NCBI GenBank assembly: GCA_015492305.1
Contig: WGFJ01000023.1
Location: forward strand, 1-48,831
Origin: Deltaproteobacteria bacterium
GTDB taxonomy: Bacteria > Desulfobacterota > GWC2-55-46 > S146-80
Direction of reading: 5' to 3'
Length of the DNA stretch: 48,831 bases
The notes under the pieces are model-generated. The model ran no database searches. It was not told where the DNA came from and worked only from the letters and a program-made list of their open reading frames with translations. Below, one piece after another: positions 7,973 to 14,863 of this stretch (positions are counted from its first letter, which is position 1; every line of letters begins with the position of its first letter). Both the position numbers and the translations under genes were made by a program.

Positions 7973-9043
7973 TCATCCCTGATTGTGAAGTAATTGTGAA
8001 GTAGACTTTCCGGTCAGGATCCTTTCCAGTTCATTAACGGCATTTCTTTTGTGGGAAGGTGCAAGGTGGGCATACCGGAGGGTCATGGTGAGGGATTTGT
8101 GGCCAAGGAGTTCCTTTACTGTTGTAAGGTCTATTCCTGCCATGACAAGGTGAGAGGCAAAGGTGTGCCTCAGGTCATGGAATCTGAAGTCCTTTATCCC
8201 TGCCCTTCTCAATGCTGATTGGAAGGACTTCTTTACATCCCCGTATGGCTTTCCAGTTTCAGGGTTTATGAAGACATAGGGATTTTCTCTACCTCTTTCT
8301 ATCCTTCTTGGTATGCTGTGGAAGACTTCCTTTAGGGTCTGGTTTATCGGTATCTCCCTCCTCTCTCCATTCTTTGTCCTCTCAAGCAGGATAAACCCAT
8401 GCTTGAGATCCACCTGATCCCATCTAAGGGAGAGGATCTCTCCCTTCCTCATGCCTGTATTGAGGGCAGTGATGACTATGGGCCTCAGGTGGGGATCACA
8501 GGCATCTATGAGTTTCTGACATTCCTCCCGGGTCAGGTATCTGAGCCTTCTATTGTGTTCTGGGATGAGTTTTACCTTCCTTACCCTCTTAAGGACCTCT
8601 TCCTCTACCATCTCCCACTCAACGGCCTTTCTCAGCATGTGTTTTAAGGTGGCAAGATGCCTGTTTACCGTTGCAGGTTTGCAGGTCTTGAGTTTTTCTG
8701 TCTGCCACTCCTCCACAAGCCTTACCGTAAAACCCCTTAAGGGAAGGTTGCCAAAGGCATGGAGGAGATGGAGGACAAAACCTCTCTTGCTTCTATAAGA
8801 CCTCTGCCTTTCACACCACTTAAGATAGTGTTCTGCAAGCTCACTGAATGTATGATTGCCTATCCTTTTGACCAGGGCAGGGTCTTTGCCCTCCATCACT
8901 TCCTTTTTCCTCTGGATGAGGAGGGCCTGGGCCTCTTTCAGGGATGTGGACCCGGATGATTCACGCCTTACCCTACCATCAGGACCTGCATAGCAGATCC
9001 AGTAGATCCTCCCTCTCTTATAGATCCCTTTATGTTTTGCCAT
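7973..9043 (-). CDS. tyrosine recombinase / phage-type integrase
   Basis: Begins MAKHKGIYKRGRIYWICY... Catalytic pattern is TGMRKGE (R), HDLRHTFAS (HxxR), LLGH and RYAHL (Y). ATG 9043 with AAGGAGGAGG RBS is preferred over the track start at 9082. Confidence 0.9.
   Translation of the reverse strand: MAKHKGIYKRGRIYWICYAGPDGRVRRESSGSTSLKEAQALLIQRKKEVMEGKDPALVKRIGNHTFSELAEHYLKWCERQRSYRSKRGFVLHLLHAFGNLPLRGFTVRLVEEWQTEKLKTCKPATVNRHLATLKHMLRKAVEWEMVEEEVLKRVRKVKLIPEHNRRLRYLTREECQKLIDACDPHLRPIVITALNTGMRKGEILSLRWDQVDLKHGFILLERTKNGERREIPINQTLKEVFHSIPRRIERGRENPYVFINPETGKPYGDVKKSFQSALRRAGIKDFRFHDLRHTFASHLVMAGIDLTTVKELLGHKSLTMTLRYAHLAPSHKRNAVNELERILTGKSTSQLLHNQG
7977..8004 (+). repeat. terminal repeat copy 1 (tandem ATTGTGAAGTA x2)
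   Basis: CCCTgATTGTGAAGTAATTGTGAAGTAG. It overlaps the integrase 3' end. A 23-nt core identical to this recurs at 14597-14619. Confidence 0.8.
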
Positions 9044-9044
9044 G

Positions 9045-9179
9045 TTAGACCTCCTCCTTAACCGCCTCTGCAAGGATCTCAATCACAAGCTCCCTCAAGG
9101 TCTTCCCCTCCTTCACAGCCCTTATCTTAAGGGCCCTGTAGACATCATCGGGGAAGTTCTTAATGCTCAACACGGCCAT
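9045..9179 (-). CDS. ribbon-helix-helix (Arc/MetJ-like, antitoxin-like) protein, 44 aa
   Basis: Not in the ORF track (under 60 aa). Sequence is MAVLSIKNFPDDVYRALKIRAVKEGKTLRELVIEILAEAVKEEV. A strong RBS AAGGAGGTGA lies 5 nt upstream of ATG 9179. Its TAA is 1 nt from the integrase ATG (TAACATG). Confidence 0.7.
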   Translation of the reverse strand: MAVLSIKNFPDDVYRALKIRAVKEGKTLRELVIEILAEAVKEEV

Positions 9180-9211
9180 AACATCACCTCCTTTATACAG
9201 AATATACTGCA

Positions 9212-9240
9212 TATTTAGCAAATACTGGATAGACTGTCAA
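9212..9240 (-). promoter_or_regulatory. candidate promoter of the RHH-integrase operon
   Basis: Minus strand reads TTGACA (9240-9235), 17-nt spacer, TAAATA (9217-9212). Confidence 0.4.
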
Positions 9241-9342
9241 GAGGAATGTGAAGGCTAAGGTTCACAATCTGGTTCACACCCACAGAAAAGCCCTTTGTTT
9301 TCAGCATGTTATGGGTAGGAAGATTGACTACAAATCAGCAGG

Positions 9343-9636
9343 TCACTTCCTCCTTATAGGCTGAATCTTCCTCTCTTCGATCCATCGGTCTATGTCTTTC
9401 TTTTTGAATTTTATCCGATTCCCTGCCCTGAAATGGGGTAGCTCGTGCTTGTGCTCGTATACCCAGGATTGAGGGACACCAAGGTAGGAGGCAAGGTCCT
9501 TGACACCAAAGATCTTATCCTCTTCTGCTGTTTTAAACTCCCTGAGAAGCCTTTTGATTATGCCTTCCTCCTGTTCTTTGAAGAGAGGGGAGAGGGCCTC
9601 CTTAAGAAGGTCTTCAAGCATGTTTTTTAGTTCCAT
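9343..9636 (-). CDS. excisionase/AlpA-type helix-turn-helix DNA-binding protein
   Basis: 97 aa. FGVKDLASYLGVPQSWVYEHKHELPHFRAGNRIKFKKKDIDRWIEE matches the Xis/MerR-superfamily HTH pattern (L..YLGVS..T.Y......P....G....F...D...W). Confidence 0.7.
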   Translation of the reverse strand: MELKNMLEDLLKEALSPLFKEQEEGIIKRLLREFKTAEEDKIFGVKDLASYLGVPQSWVYEHKHELPHFRAGNRIKFKKKDIDRWIEERKIQPIRRK

Positions 9637-9914
9637 CTTCTCCCTCCATCAATGACAACCCGATAACAAACAGATGGCAAACCGATGTTCAAAACGCATC
9701 CGGGCAAATCCGATGCATCTATGCTTAATCTCCCTGTCTTAGAGCAAATCTCCGGTCTTAAGGTATTGGCCCTGAAATGGATCTCCGGCCAGTGCCCCTG
9801 CAAGGGCCTTATGGGAGATTGGGGAGAGAAGAGGGGTTTTGTCAGGGGTATCTCCTCCTTTCTTAAGATCCCTGTAAAGATCTCTTTAAGGTGCTTCTTT
9901 TCCATACCCTTCAA
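9627..9914 (-). CDS. doubtful ORF filling the gap between the 226-aa gene and xis
   Basis: 95-codon open frame with a strong internal SD (AAGGAGGAG near 9852-9844). The composition is Pro/Cys/Arg-rich and atypical, and it overlaps both neighbours. Confidence 0.2.
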   Translation of the reverse strand: MKGMEKKHLKEIFTGILRKEEIPLTKPLFSPQSPIRPLQGHWPEIHFRANTLRPEICSKTGRLSIDASDLPGCVLNIGLPSVCYRVVIDGGRRWN

Positions 9915-10566
9915 TCATTTTGTCAAGCTTCCTGTAGAGAATCAAAGTTAGCCAATCCTGGATCTCAAACAGGTCTGCTCCCACACGATGCCTTCTTCTG
10001 TCCTTTCTCACAAACACAGGCATCCCATGCTCTTTGAGTTTTCTGGCAGTGGAGGGGGATACCTGAAGATACTTACATATCCCCTCCCAACCGTAGAGCC
10101 ATGTAGATTCTCCTTTGAAAAAGGCCTTGCGGTCTTTATCGGACCACCTCACCAGTTCCTTGCCATTCCTTACCCACTCATTGAAAAAGGCATCAGGATC
10201 TTCATTGAACAGCCTCACCAGTTCCCTGTTTTTCTTTATCCATTCCTTCTTGACAATCGATATTTCCTCTTCCAGAGTCCTTCCAAAGAGGTTCTTTTCC
10301 ATCTCCTCCACCCAGAGATCTATTCTTGCCTTAAAGGAAATTATAATGGCCTTCCTCCTCATCCAGGATTCATCTATATGGATCACAGGCAGGCCACACC
10401 TCTTCCAGCAGTCTCTTGCCACCTTGACTGATGTCCCGAGGTAGTTGACAATCGACTTCCACCCAAAGAGGATCTCGTCGATAATGACAGGTTCGTTCTG
10501 TATCCTTCTAAGAGCCTCAGGATGAAGAGGTTTTCTGCAGTTAAGCCATGTCCATTTCCCAACCAT
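9886..10566 (-). CDS. hypothetical protein with two HTH-like repeats
   Basis: 226 aa, with its start abutting the upstream stop (TAGATG). There are two similar segments: GWKSIVNYLGTSVKVARDCWKRCGLPV and GWEGICKYLQVSPSTARKLKEHGMPV. Confidence 0.6.
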   Translation of the reverse strand: MVGKWTWLNCRKPLHPEALRRIQNEPVIIDEILFGWKSIVNYLGTSVKVARDCWKRCGLPVIHIDESWMRRKAIIISFKARIDLWVEEMEKNLFGRTLEEEISIVKKEWIKKNRELVRLFNEDPDAFFNEWVRNGKELVRWSDKDRKAFFKGESTWLYGWEGICKYLQVSPSTARKLKEHGMPVFVRKDRRRHRVGADLFEIQDWLTLILYRKLDKMIEGYGKEAP

Positions 10567-10800
10567 CTATTCCCTCCTTTTCCCCTTGCCAGACCTTTCC
10601 AGGAGGTCTATAAGGTCATCGAGAAGGACCCGGATCTCTATGTCTTCCTCTTTGCACCTTTCCCTTAAAGCCATAAGATCTTTGAGAGAACTTTCCTTCA
10701 TTTCCTTCGCTATCTTCCTCAGGAATTTCACAAGCCTCCTTGAGACCCCGCCCTGTCTTTTACCTGACCTGCCCATAGAGCCTTGCAAACCTCCTCTCAA
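10567..10800 (-). CDS. small charged hypothetical protein
   Basis: 77-aa ORF rich in K/R/E that overlaps the preceding ORF. The start is uncertain. Confidence 0.4.
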   Translation of the reverse strand: MRGGLQGSMGRSGKRQGGVSRRLVKFLRKIAKEMKESSLKDLMALRERCKEEDIEIRVLLDDLIDLLERSGKGKRRE

Positions 10801-11200
10801 TGCTTTCCCTCATCCTCTCCAGGTGATATGGCCTTTTCCCTCTCTCCATGTTATCAAGATACTGCAAAAACCTCCTTTCTAACATGATAGCCCTGAAGAG
10901 GGGTTCATGCCTCGTCCTCCTTACCTGGATAAGGATGTAGGACAGACCGTGGCAGTCCCGGCAGAGAAGTCTCTCTGAGAAGGGAGGAAGGTATAGATAC
11001 TCCCTCCTCCTGCCACAGGAAGGGCAGATAAAGTAAGGCCTCTCACCTCCATAATTGCAGGGCAGGGTGGTCAAGGGGATGAGGTCTGCCACAACCCTTC
11101 CCATGATTTCGTATCTGACCACGAGGAAGGGAGGAATCTCCCTCCTTATCCCAAGGTCATGGATGGATAGCCTTCTGCAAAATTCAACACACTCCCTCAT
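10760..11200 (-). CDS. hypothetical zinc-ribbon protein
   Basis: 146 aa. PCNYGGERPYFICPSCGRRREYLYLPPFSERLLCRDCHGLSY provides CxxC...CxxC. Confidence 0.6.
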   Translation of the reverse strand: MRECVEFCRRLSIHDLGIRREIPPFLVVRYEIMGRVVADLIPLTTLPCNYGGERPYFICPSCGRRREYLYLPPFSERLLCRDCHGLSYILIQVRRTRHEPLFRAIMLERRFLQYLDNMERGKRPYHLERMRESIERRFARLYGQVR

Positions 11201-11209
11201 CCTAAAACC

Positions 11210-11728
11210 CTAACAGACCCGTAGAATCCATCCTGAGAAGATCTCTTTCACCTCAAGGATTTTCTCCCTCTCTTGAGGGCTAAGGCCTTTAAACCTTTTC
11301 ACCTCATCCACAGTAAACCAGAGCTCTCCATCCTTTCTCAGATTTTCCATTGTCCTCCTGGAGGGTGCTATATAAATAACCCTACCTCCTCCGCTTCTGA
11401 CCTCTATAACCCTTCCCTCCCTTTTAAGCTCCTCTGCCTTCATTCTGCAAAGCCCGTATGCCTTCCTTGCCTCTTTCACCCATCTTGAGAGGGTGGCTTT
11501 GAAGTCCTCCATGGTTGCCTTCCCTTCAAGGCAGTCCTGCCATACCCTGTTTAGTTCATCTTCTGCCTTTGCAAGGGGTTCATACCTTCCCATCCCACAG
11601 ATCCATCCCATCCTTTCAAAGGCTTCAAGGTAGAGGGATTTGAGGAGGGGTTCAGAAGGATAGGATTCCTTCGAAGCCTTCTTCTCTTCCTCTTCCAAGA
11701 CTCTCAGGGCAATATCAAGATATCCCAC
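11210..11728 (-). CDS. hypothetical protein
   Basis: 172 aa. GTG start with AAGGAGGTGA RBS 7 nt upstream. No motif recognised. Confidence 0.6.
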   Translation of the reverse strand: MGYLDIALRVLEEEEKKASKESYPSEPLLKSLYLEAFERMGWICGMGRYEPLAKAEDELNRVWQDCLEGKATMEDFKATLSRWVKEARKAYGLCRMKAEELKREGRVIEVRSGGGRVIYIAPSRRTMENLRKDGELWFTVDEVKRFKGLSPQEREKILEVKEIFSGWILRVC

Positions 11729-11752
11729 CTGTGATCACCTCCTTGTATGTCT

Positions 11753-11867
11753 TGCACAAAAAGGACATTATGCACAAAAAGTCTTCCCACAAGGATTTGA
11801 GGGATATTTGCTAATAGGCTGCAAATTCTTGCCACAGGCCTTTTTGTGCTTTTTGTGCTTTTGTGTA
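11753..11867. repeat. iteron-like GCACAAAAAG repeats (2 direct, 2-3 inverted)
   Basis: TGCACAAAAAG occurs at 11753-11763 and 11771-11781. CTTTTTGTGC occurs at 11840-11849 and 11849-11858, plus CTTTTGTGTA at 11858-11867. The cluster lies between the primase stop and the next gene's start. Confidence 0.7.
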
Positions 11868-11872
11868 TGCCA

Positions 11873-13828
11873 TCACCGTCTATACCACCTCGTAATGGGT
11901 CTGCCCTTGGTTTCTGTCTTTTTCTTTTTTATCTTTCCCATCCTCTCCAGAGAGGATAGAGTGTCAGTTATTTTCTCAGAAGGAACATGATGTTTAAAAA
12001 ACTTGTAGATTTCCGTCTGTGTCATACCCTCGGGTCTTTCCTTTAGGGCCCTGAGGATTGTGTTTGCTATCCTGTCTCCTGTGGTATCCCTCCATATATA
12101 TCTAACCGAGGCCTCTACATAATCCCAGATAGCCAGGGAGGCCAGGAGGTGTTCTGCCCTGATAGTATCGGACCTATCCAGAAGGGCAAAGAGGGTGGCA
12201 AGCCTTACAACTTGAGCCTCTGCCCTGTTAATAAGGGCTCCAACCAGCCCTGGTTTGCCTTCAGAAAGAACAGGGTAGACCTCTTTCCATATCTTTTTAG
12301 CCTCCTCATCCATCTCAACCCTGAATTCTTCCCTTTCCCTGATCCATCTTAAGGTTTCCTTCAGCCCCTCAATGATGGGCCCCATATCAGGCTTCCCTCC
12401 TCCAAAGGGAAGGCATTTTGATCTCTTTACCAGGGCAAAGAGGAAGCGGTTGGCAAATCCGTTGGCCATCTCTGTCTCCTGAAGATGCCTTTTGAGTTCC
12501 TCCATGGTTATATGGCCAACGATGGAGAGATGGGCCCCTGTGGCTTTGGTTTTACTGTGTTTTGTTAGTGTGGCCAGATCCCCACTATCCCATGCCCTTC
12601 TGATGATGGGTGAGAGGGTGTTTCCTTCCCTGGAGAGGACCTTCAGCACAGAGGCAAACTCACTTTCCACAATGCACAGCCTTTTATCTTTTATCCCCTC
12701 ATCTTCAACCTCTTCTCCTTCCTTTGTTTTTTTGATTATTGGGTCTCTAACATGCCATATCAGCCCCTCCCCTGAGGAGAGTCCCTCTTCTGTTTTAAGG
12801 CAAGAATCTACCTCATAGAGGATCTTTTTCACCCAACCCCAGGAAGACCCCTTCCTGCCTTTAGAAGTTTCTCCCACCAGAAGGAGATAAAGGTTTGGAT
12901 AATGACGGTCGGCCTCAACCCTGTAAAAGCCATGTCTGCCAAGGAGGCACCCTGCACCTGCCAGAAACTGGAGGAGAAGACCCACAGGGTGGGCCTCTGT
13001 ATGGGGTTCTACAGTCTTAACAAACCTTCCAGCAATCCCATAGAAGGCCTCTTCCCTTATAGTGGGCCATTGATCCTTTTCTTCTTCAAAGGAGGGAAGA
13101 GGTTGAGACAGAAGGTCATCAAGAGGGATCTCCTTCAATGCCATAAACTTATCTATGGAATGGTGGCAGAGGTAATCATCAAGGCCTTTGAGAGGACCCT
13201 GAGGAAGCTCCTTGATGGTTACTATGGCTCCCCTCTCCCTTAGTTTCTGCCCTAACCGTGTAACAGCCTGCACAAGGTTTTTCCTGTAACCTCCTCCATT
13301 CTTCCAGTCGTTATCAGGGATGATGATGACCTTCCTTTCTTTAAGCTCAATGAGATCGAAATCGGGGATGAGTTCCTCCTCTCCCTCCTTCTTCCAGTTC
13401 CATAGCCCCCCTATACCTATGCAGGGAAGGCCCTCCTGAATGGCCTTGAGGGTTTTCTTTTCGCCCTCGGTGATATAAAGAGGGGTGGAGGTATCCTTTA
13501 AAAGGCCTCGGCTCCTGTGAGGTATGTATAGGTGAGGAGGAGTATCTTTGGGCTGTAGGTATTTGGGTTTGTCAGGATACCCATCTTTATAGAATGGCTT
13601 ATACCTTTCAAATCCATCCATGCCAGGATATGGAAAAGCAAGGAGGGAAGCAACACCTTTAGGGTTCCATCCTAACTTTCTGGGAATATCCTGGGGACGG
13701 ACGGAGTAGATCCCTGCCTCCTTTATGGTTTCCTCAGAGAGGCCCGATCTTTTGAGGTCTTCAAGGTGTCGGGAGTCTAAATTTGATTGACATTCACGGC
13801 TGAAAGATAGTATATGTGTGTTAGACAT
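11873..13828 (-). CDS. Toprim primase / P-loop helicase-like replication protein
   Basis: Toprim-like LYITEGEKKTLKA and VIIIPDNDW, then a central LLLVGETSKGRKGSS. The C-terminal tail is winged-helix-like (MTQTEIYKFF...LERMGKIKKKK). ATG 13828 with AAGAGGA RBS is preferred over 13879. By recall it resembles DUF3854/DUF3987-type proteins of integrative elements. Confidence 0.75.
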   Translation of the reverse strand: MSNTHILSFSRECQSNLDSRHLEDLKRSGLSEETIKEAGIYSVRPQDIPRKLGWNPKGVASLLAFPYPGMDGFERYKPFYKDGYPDKPKYLQPKDTPPHLYIPHRSRGLLKDTSTPLYITEGEKKTLKAIQEGLPCIGIGGLWNWKKEGEEELIPDFDLIELKERKVIIIPDNDWKNGGGYRKNLVQAVTRLGQKLRERGAIVTIKELPQGPLKGLDDYLCHHSIDKFMALKEIPLDDLLSQPLPSFEEEKDQWPTIREEAFYGIAGRFVKTVEPHTEAHPVGLLLQFLAGAGCLLGRHGFYRVEADRHYPNLYLLLVGETSKGRKGSSWGWVKKILYEVDSCLKTEEGLSSGEGLIWHVRDPIIKKTKEGEEVEDEGIKDKRLCIVESEFASVLKVLSREGNTLSPIIRRAWDSGDLATLTKHSKTKATGAHLSIVGHITMEELKRHLQETEMANGFANRFLFALVKRSKCLPFGGGKPDMGPIIEGLKETLRWIREREEFRVEMDEEAKKIWKEVYPVLSEGKPGLVGALINRAEAQVVRLATLFALLDRSDTIRAEHLLASLAIWDYVEASVRYIWRDTTGDRIANTILRALKERPEGMTQTEIYKFFKHHVPSEKITDTLSSLERMGKIKKKKTETKGRPITRWYRR

Positions 13829-13880
13829 TGTATCCTCTTTAACGCAGGGTCCCAGCCCTGCGTTTCTATTTTGGGCCAAA

Positions 13881-13920
13881 CAAAAAAGGGAGAAGAAGCC
13901 TTTTCAGCCTCTTCTCCCCT
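13881..13920 (-). terminator. intrinsic terminator inside the primase leader
   Basis: Minus-strand RNA reads GGGAGAAGAGGC-UGAAAAG-GCUUCUUCUCCC followed by UUUUUUG. The stem is 12 bp with one G.U pair. On the plus strand the same position would be an A.C mismatch. Confidence 0.65.
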
Positions 13921-13975
13921 CTTTCTCTCCTGTAGAGAGACCGATGGAGAATCGGTTTTCTGTAATTTTACAGCA

Positions 13976-14004
13976 TTTATACCATGTTCGGGCATCACTG
14001 TCAA
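13976..14004 (-). promoter_or_regulatory. near-consensus sigma70 promoter upstream of the primase leader
   Basis: Minus strand reads TTGACA (14004-13999), 17-nt spacer, TATAAA (13981-13976). Confidence 0.6.
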
Positions 14005-14092
14005 TATATCGGGAACTCCGATGCAGTGAAAGGATATTGTTACACCTCTGCCCAGAGGAGGTTTAAATTTGTAAGGATTCCAGATTAAATTG

Positions 14093-14153
14093 TGTCAAGT
14101 TTTTGGAGAGGGAGGGGTTAAGCCCTCCCTCTGGTTTTAGTCATCCTCCCAGA
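14093..14153. repeat. ~60-bp hairpin-containing repeat, copy A
   Basis: TGTCAAGTTTTTGGAGAGGGAGGGGTTAAGCCCTCCCTCTGGTTTTAGTCATCCTCCCAGA. It contains a 10-bp GC-rich stem AGAGGGAGGG/CCCTCCCTCT. It includes a TTGACA on the minus strand and the last codons (WEDD*) of the 14137 ORF. Confidence 0.75.
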
Positions 14154-14343
14154 TGGCGGAGTTAAACCATACAGTATACTCCCCTTCCATGTCAGGACCG
14201 GTGATGTAAACATCATCGTCGAGGTGTGGGCAGGGATCTGGAATCTTTTCCTCCTTGATCTTCATCGTTTCCCCACACACCGGACATGTGACTGTGTCCT
14301 CATCTTTCTTAACCCTAACCGGTGCTATCTTTTTCATTACCAT
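14137..14343 (-). CDS. small zinc-binding hypothetical protein
   Basis: MVMKKIAPVRVKKDEDTVTCPVCGETMKIKEEKIPDPCPH... ATG 14343 is preceded by AAAGGAGG. Confidence 0.5.
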   Translation of the reverse strand: MVMKKIAPVRVKKDEDTVTCPVCGETMKIKEEKIPDPCPHLDDDVYITGPDMEGEYTVWFNSAIWEDD

Positions 14344-14398
14344 CTTGGCCTCCTTTCTCCATGGCAATCATGATACAGTAGATAGAGGGATCACTCCC

Positions 14399-14590
14399 CT
14401 ACTTCTTCTCCCAGACTATGGGAGGGAAAGGATTTTCCCGGAGTTCTTTTATTCCCTTTATTTCCCCTGTCTTGAGATGTTTGTCTATCCTCCATACCTT
14501 CCCGTCGCTTTCCATGAGGTAGATCCTTAGGTAACCCCACACCCCGGGCTGTCCCTCTGTGATCGTTATCCTCCTCTTCACTGTCGTCAC
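14399..14590 (-). CDS. small hypothetical protein
   Basis: 63-codon ORF with GTG starts at 14590 and 14581. GAGGGGG lies upstream, and the ORF sits immediately inside terminal repeat copy 2. Confidence 0.4.
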   Translation of the reverse strand: MTTVKRRITITEGQPGVWGYLRIYLMESDGKVWRIDKHLKTGEIKGIKELRENPFPPIVWEKK

Positions 14591-14591
14591 C

Positions 14592-14619
14592 CCCTCATTG
14601 TGAAGTAATTGTGAAGTAG
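14592..14619 (+). repeat. terminal repeat copy 2 (tandem ATTGTGAAGTA x2)
   Basis: CCCTcATTGTGAAGTAATTGTGAAGTAG, about 115 nt inside attR, in the same orientation as copy 1. Confidence 0.8.
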
Positions 14620-14733
14620 GGATCCTAAAAACCTCCTGAAAACCCTGAAAGGGAGAAGGGGAAGGGAGGAGGTTTTCCTGAGTAAAAACAACAGGTTAGG
14701 AAGAGGATGAAAAGAAGAGAGGTAACCCTGGAA

Positions 14734-14780
14734 TGATTCGTAATCAGCAGGTCAGGGGTTCAAATCCCCTCACCGGCTTC
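14734..14780 (+). repeat. attR core (displaced copy of the tRNA-Thr 3' half)
   Basis: Same 47 nt as attL with one difference (A at 14762 versus G at 7914, in the T loop). There is no 5' tRNA half upstream. Confidence 0.85.
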
Positions 14781-14863
14781 GCTTTACACCTCTCTTATAT
14801 CCTGCCTTAACGGCACCCCATTTACCACCTCTTTTAGGCCAAATTATGCAAACAGAAGAAGGG

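Larger units (their letters stand above)
7886..14780. mobile_element. ~6.9-kb integrative element inserted in the 3' half of tRNA-Thr
   Basis: Bounded by 47-bp direct repeats (7886-7932 and 14734-14780, 1 mismatch). A tyrosine integrase gene lies next to the tRNA. Xis-like, RHH and primase/helicase genes are present, and all ORFs are on the minus strand. Confidence 0.85.

Noticed and set aside
13777-14066. ORFs 13777-14004(-), 13814-14029(+) and 13818-14066(+) in the primase upstream region
   Set aside because: They span the promoter, terminator hairpin and U/A tracts and have no RBS. The region is better explained as a structured RNA leader.
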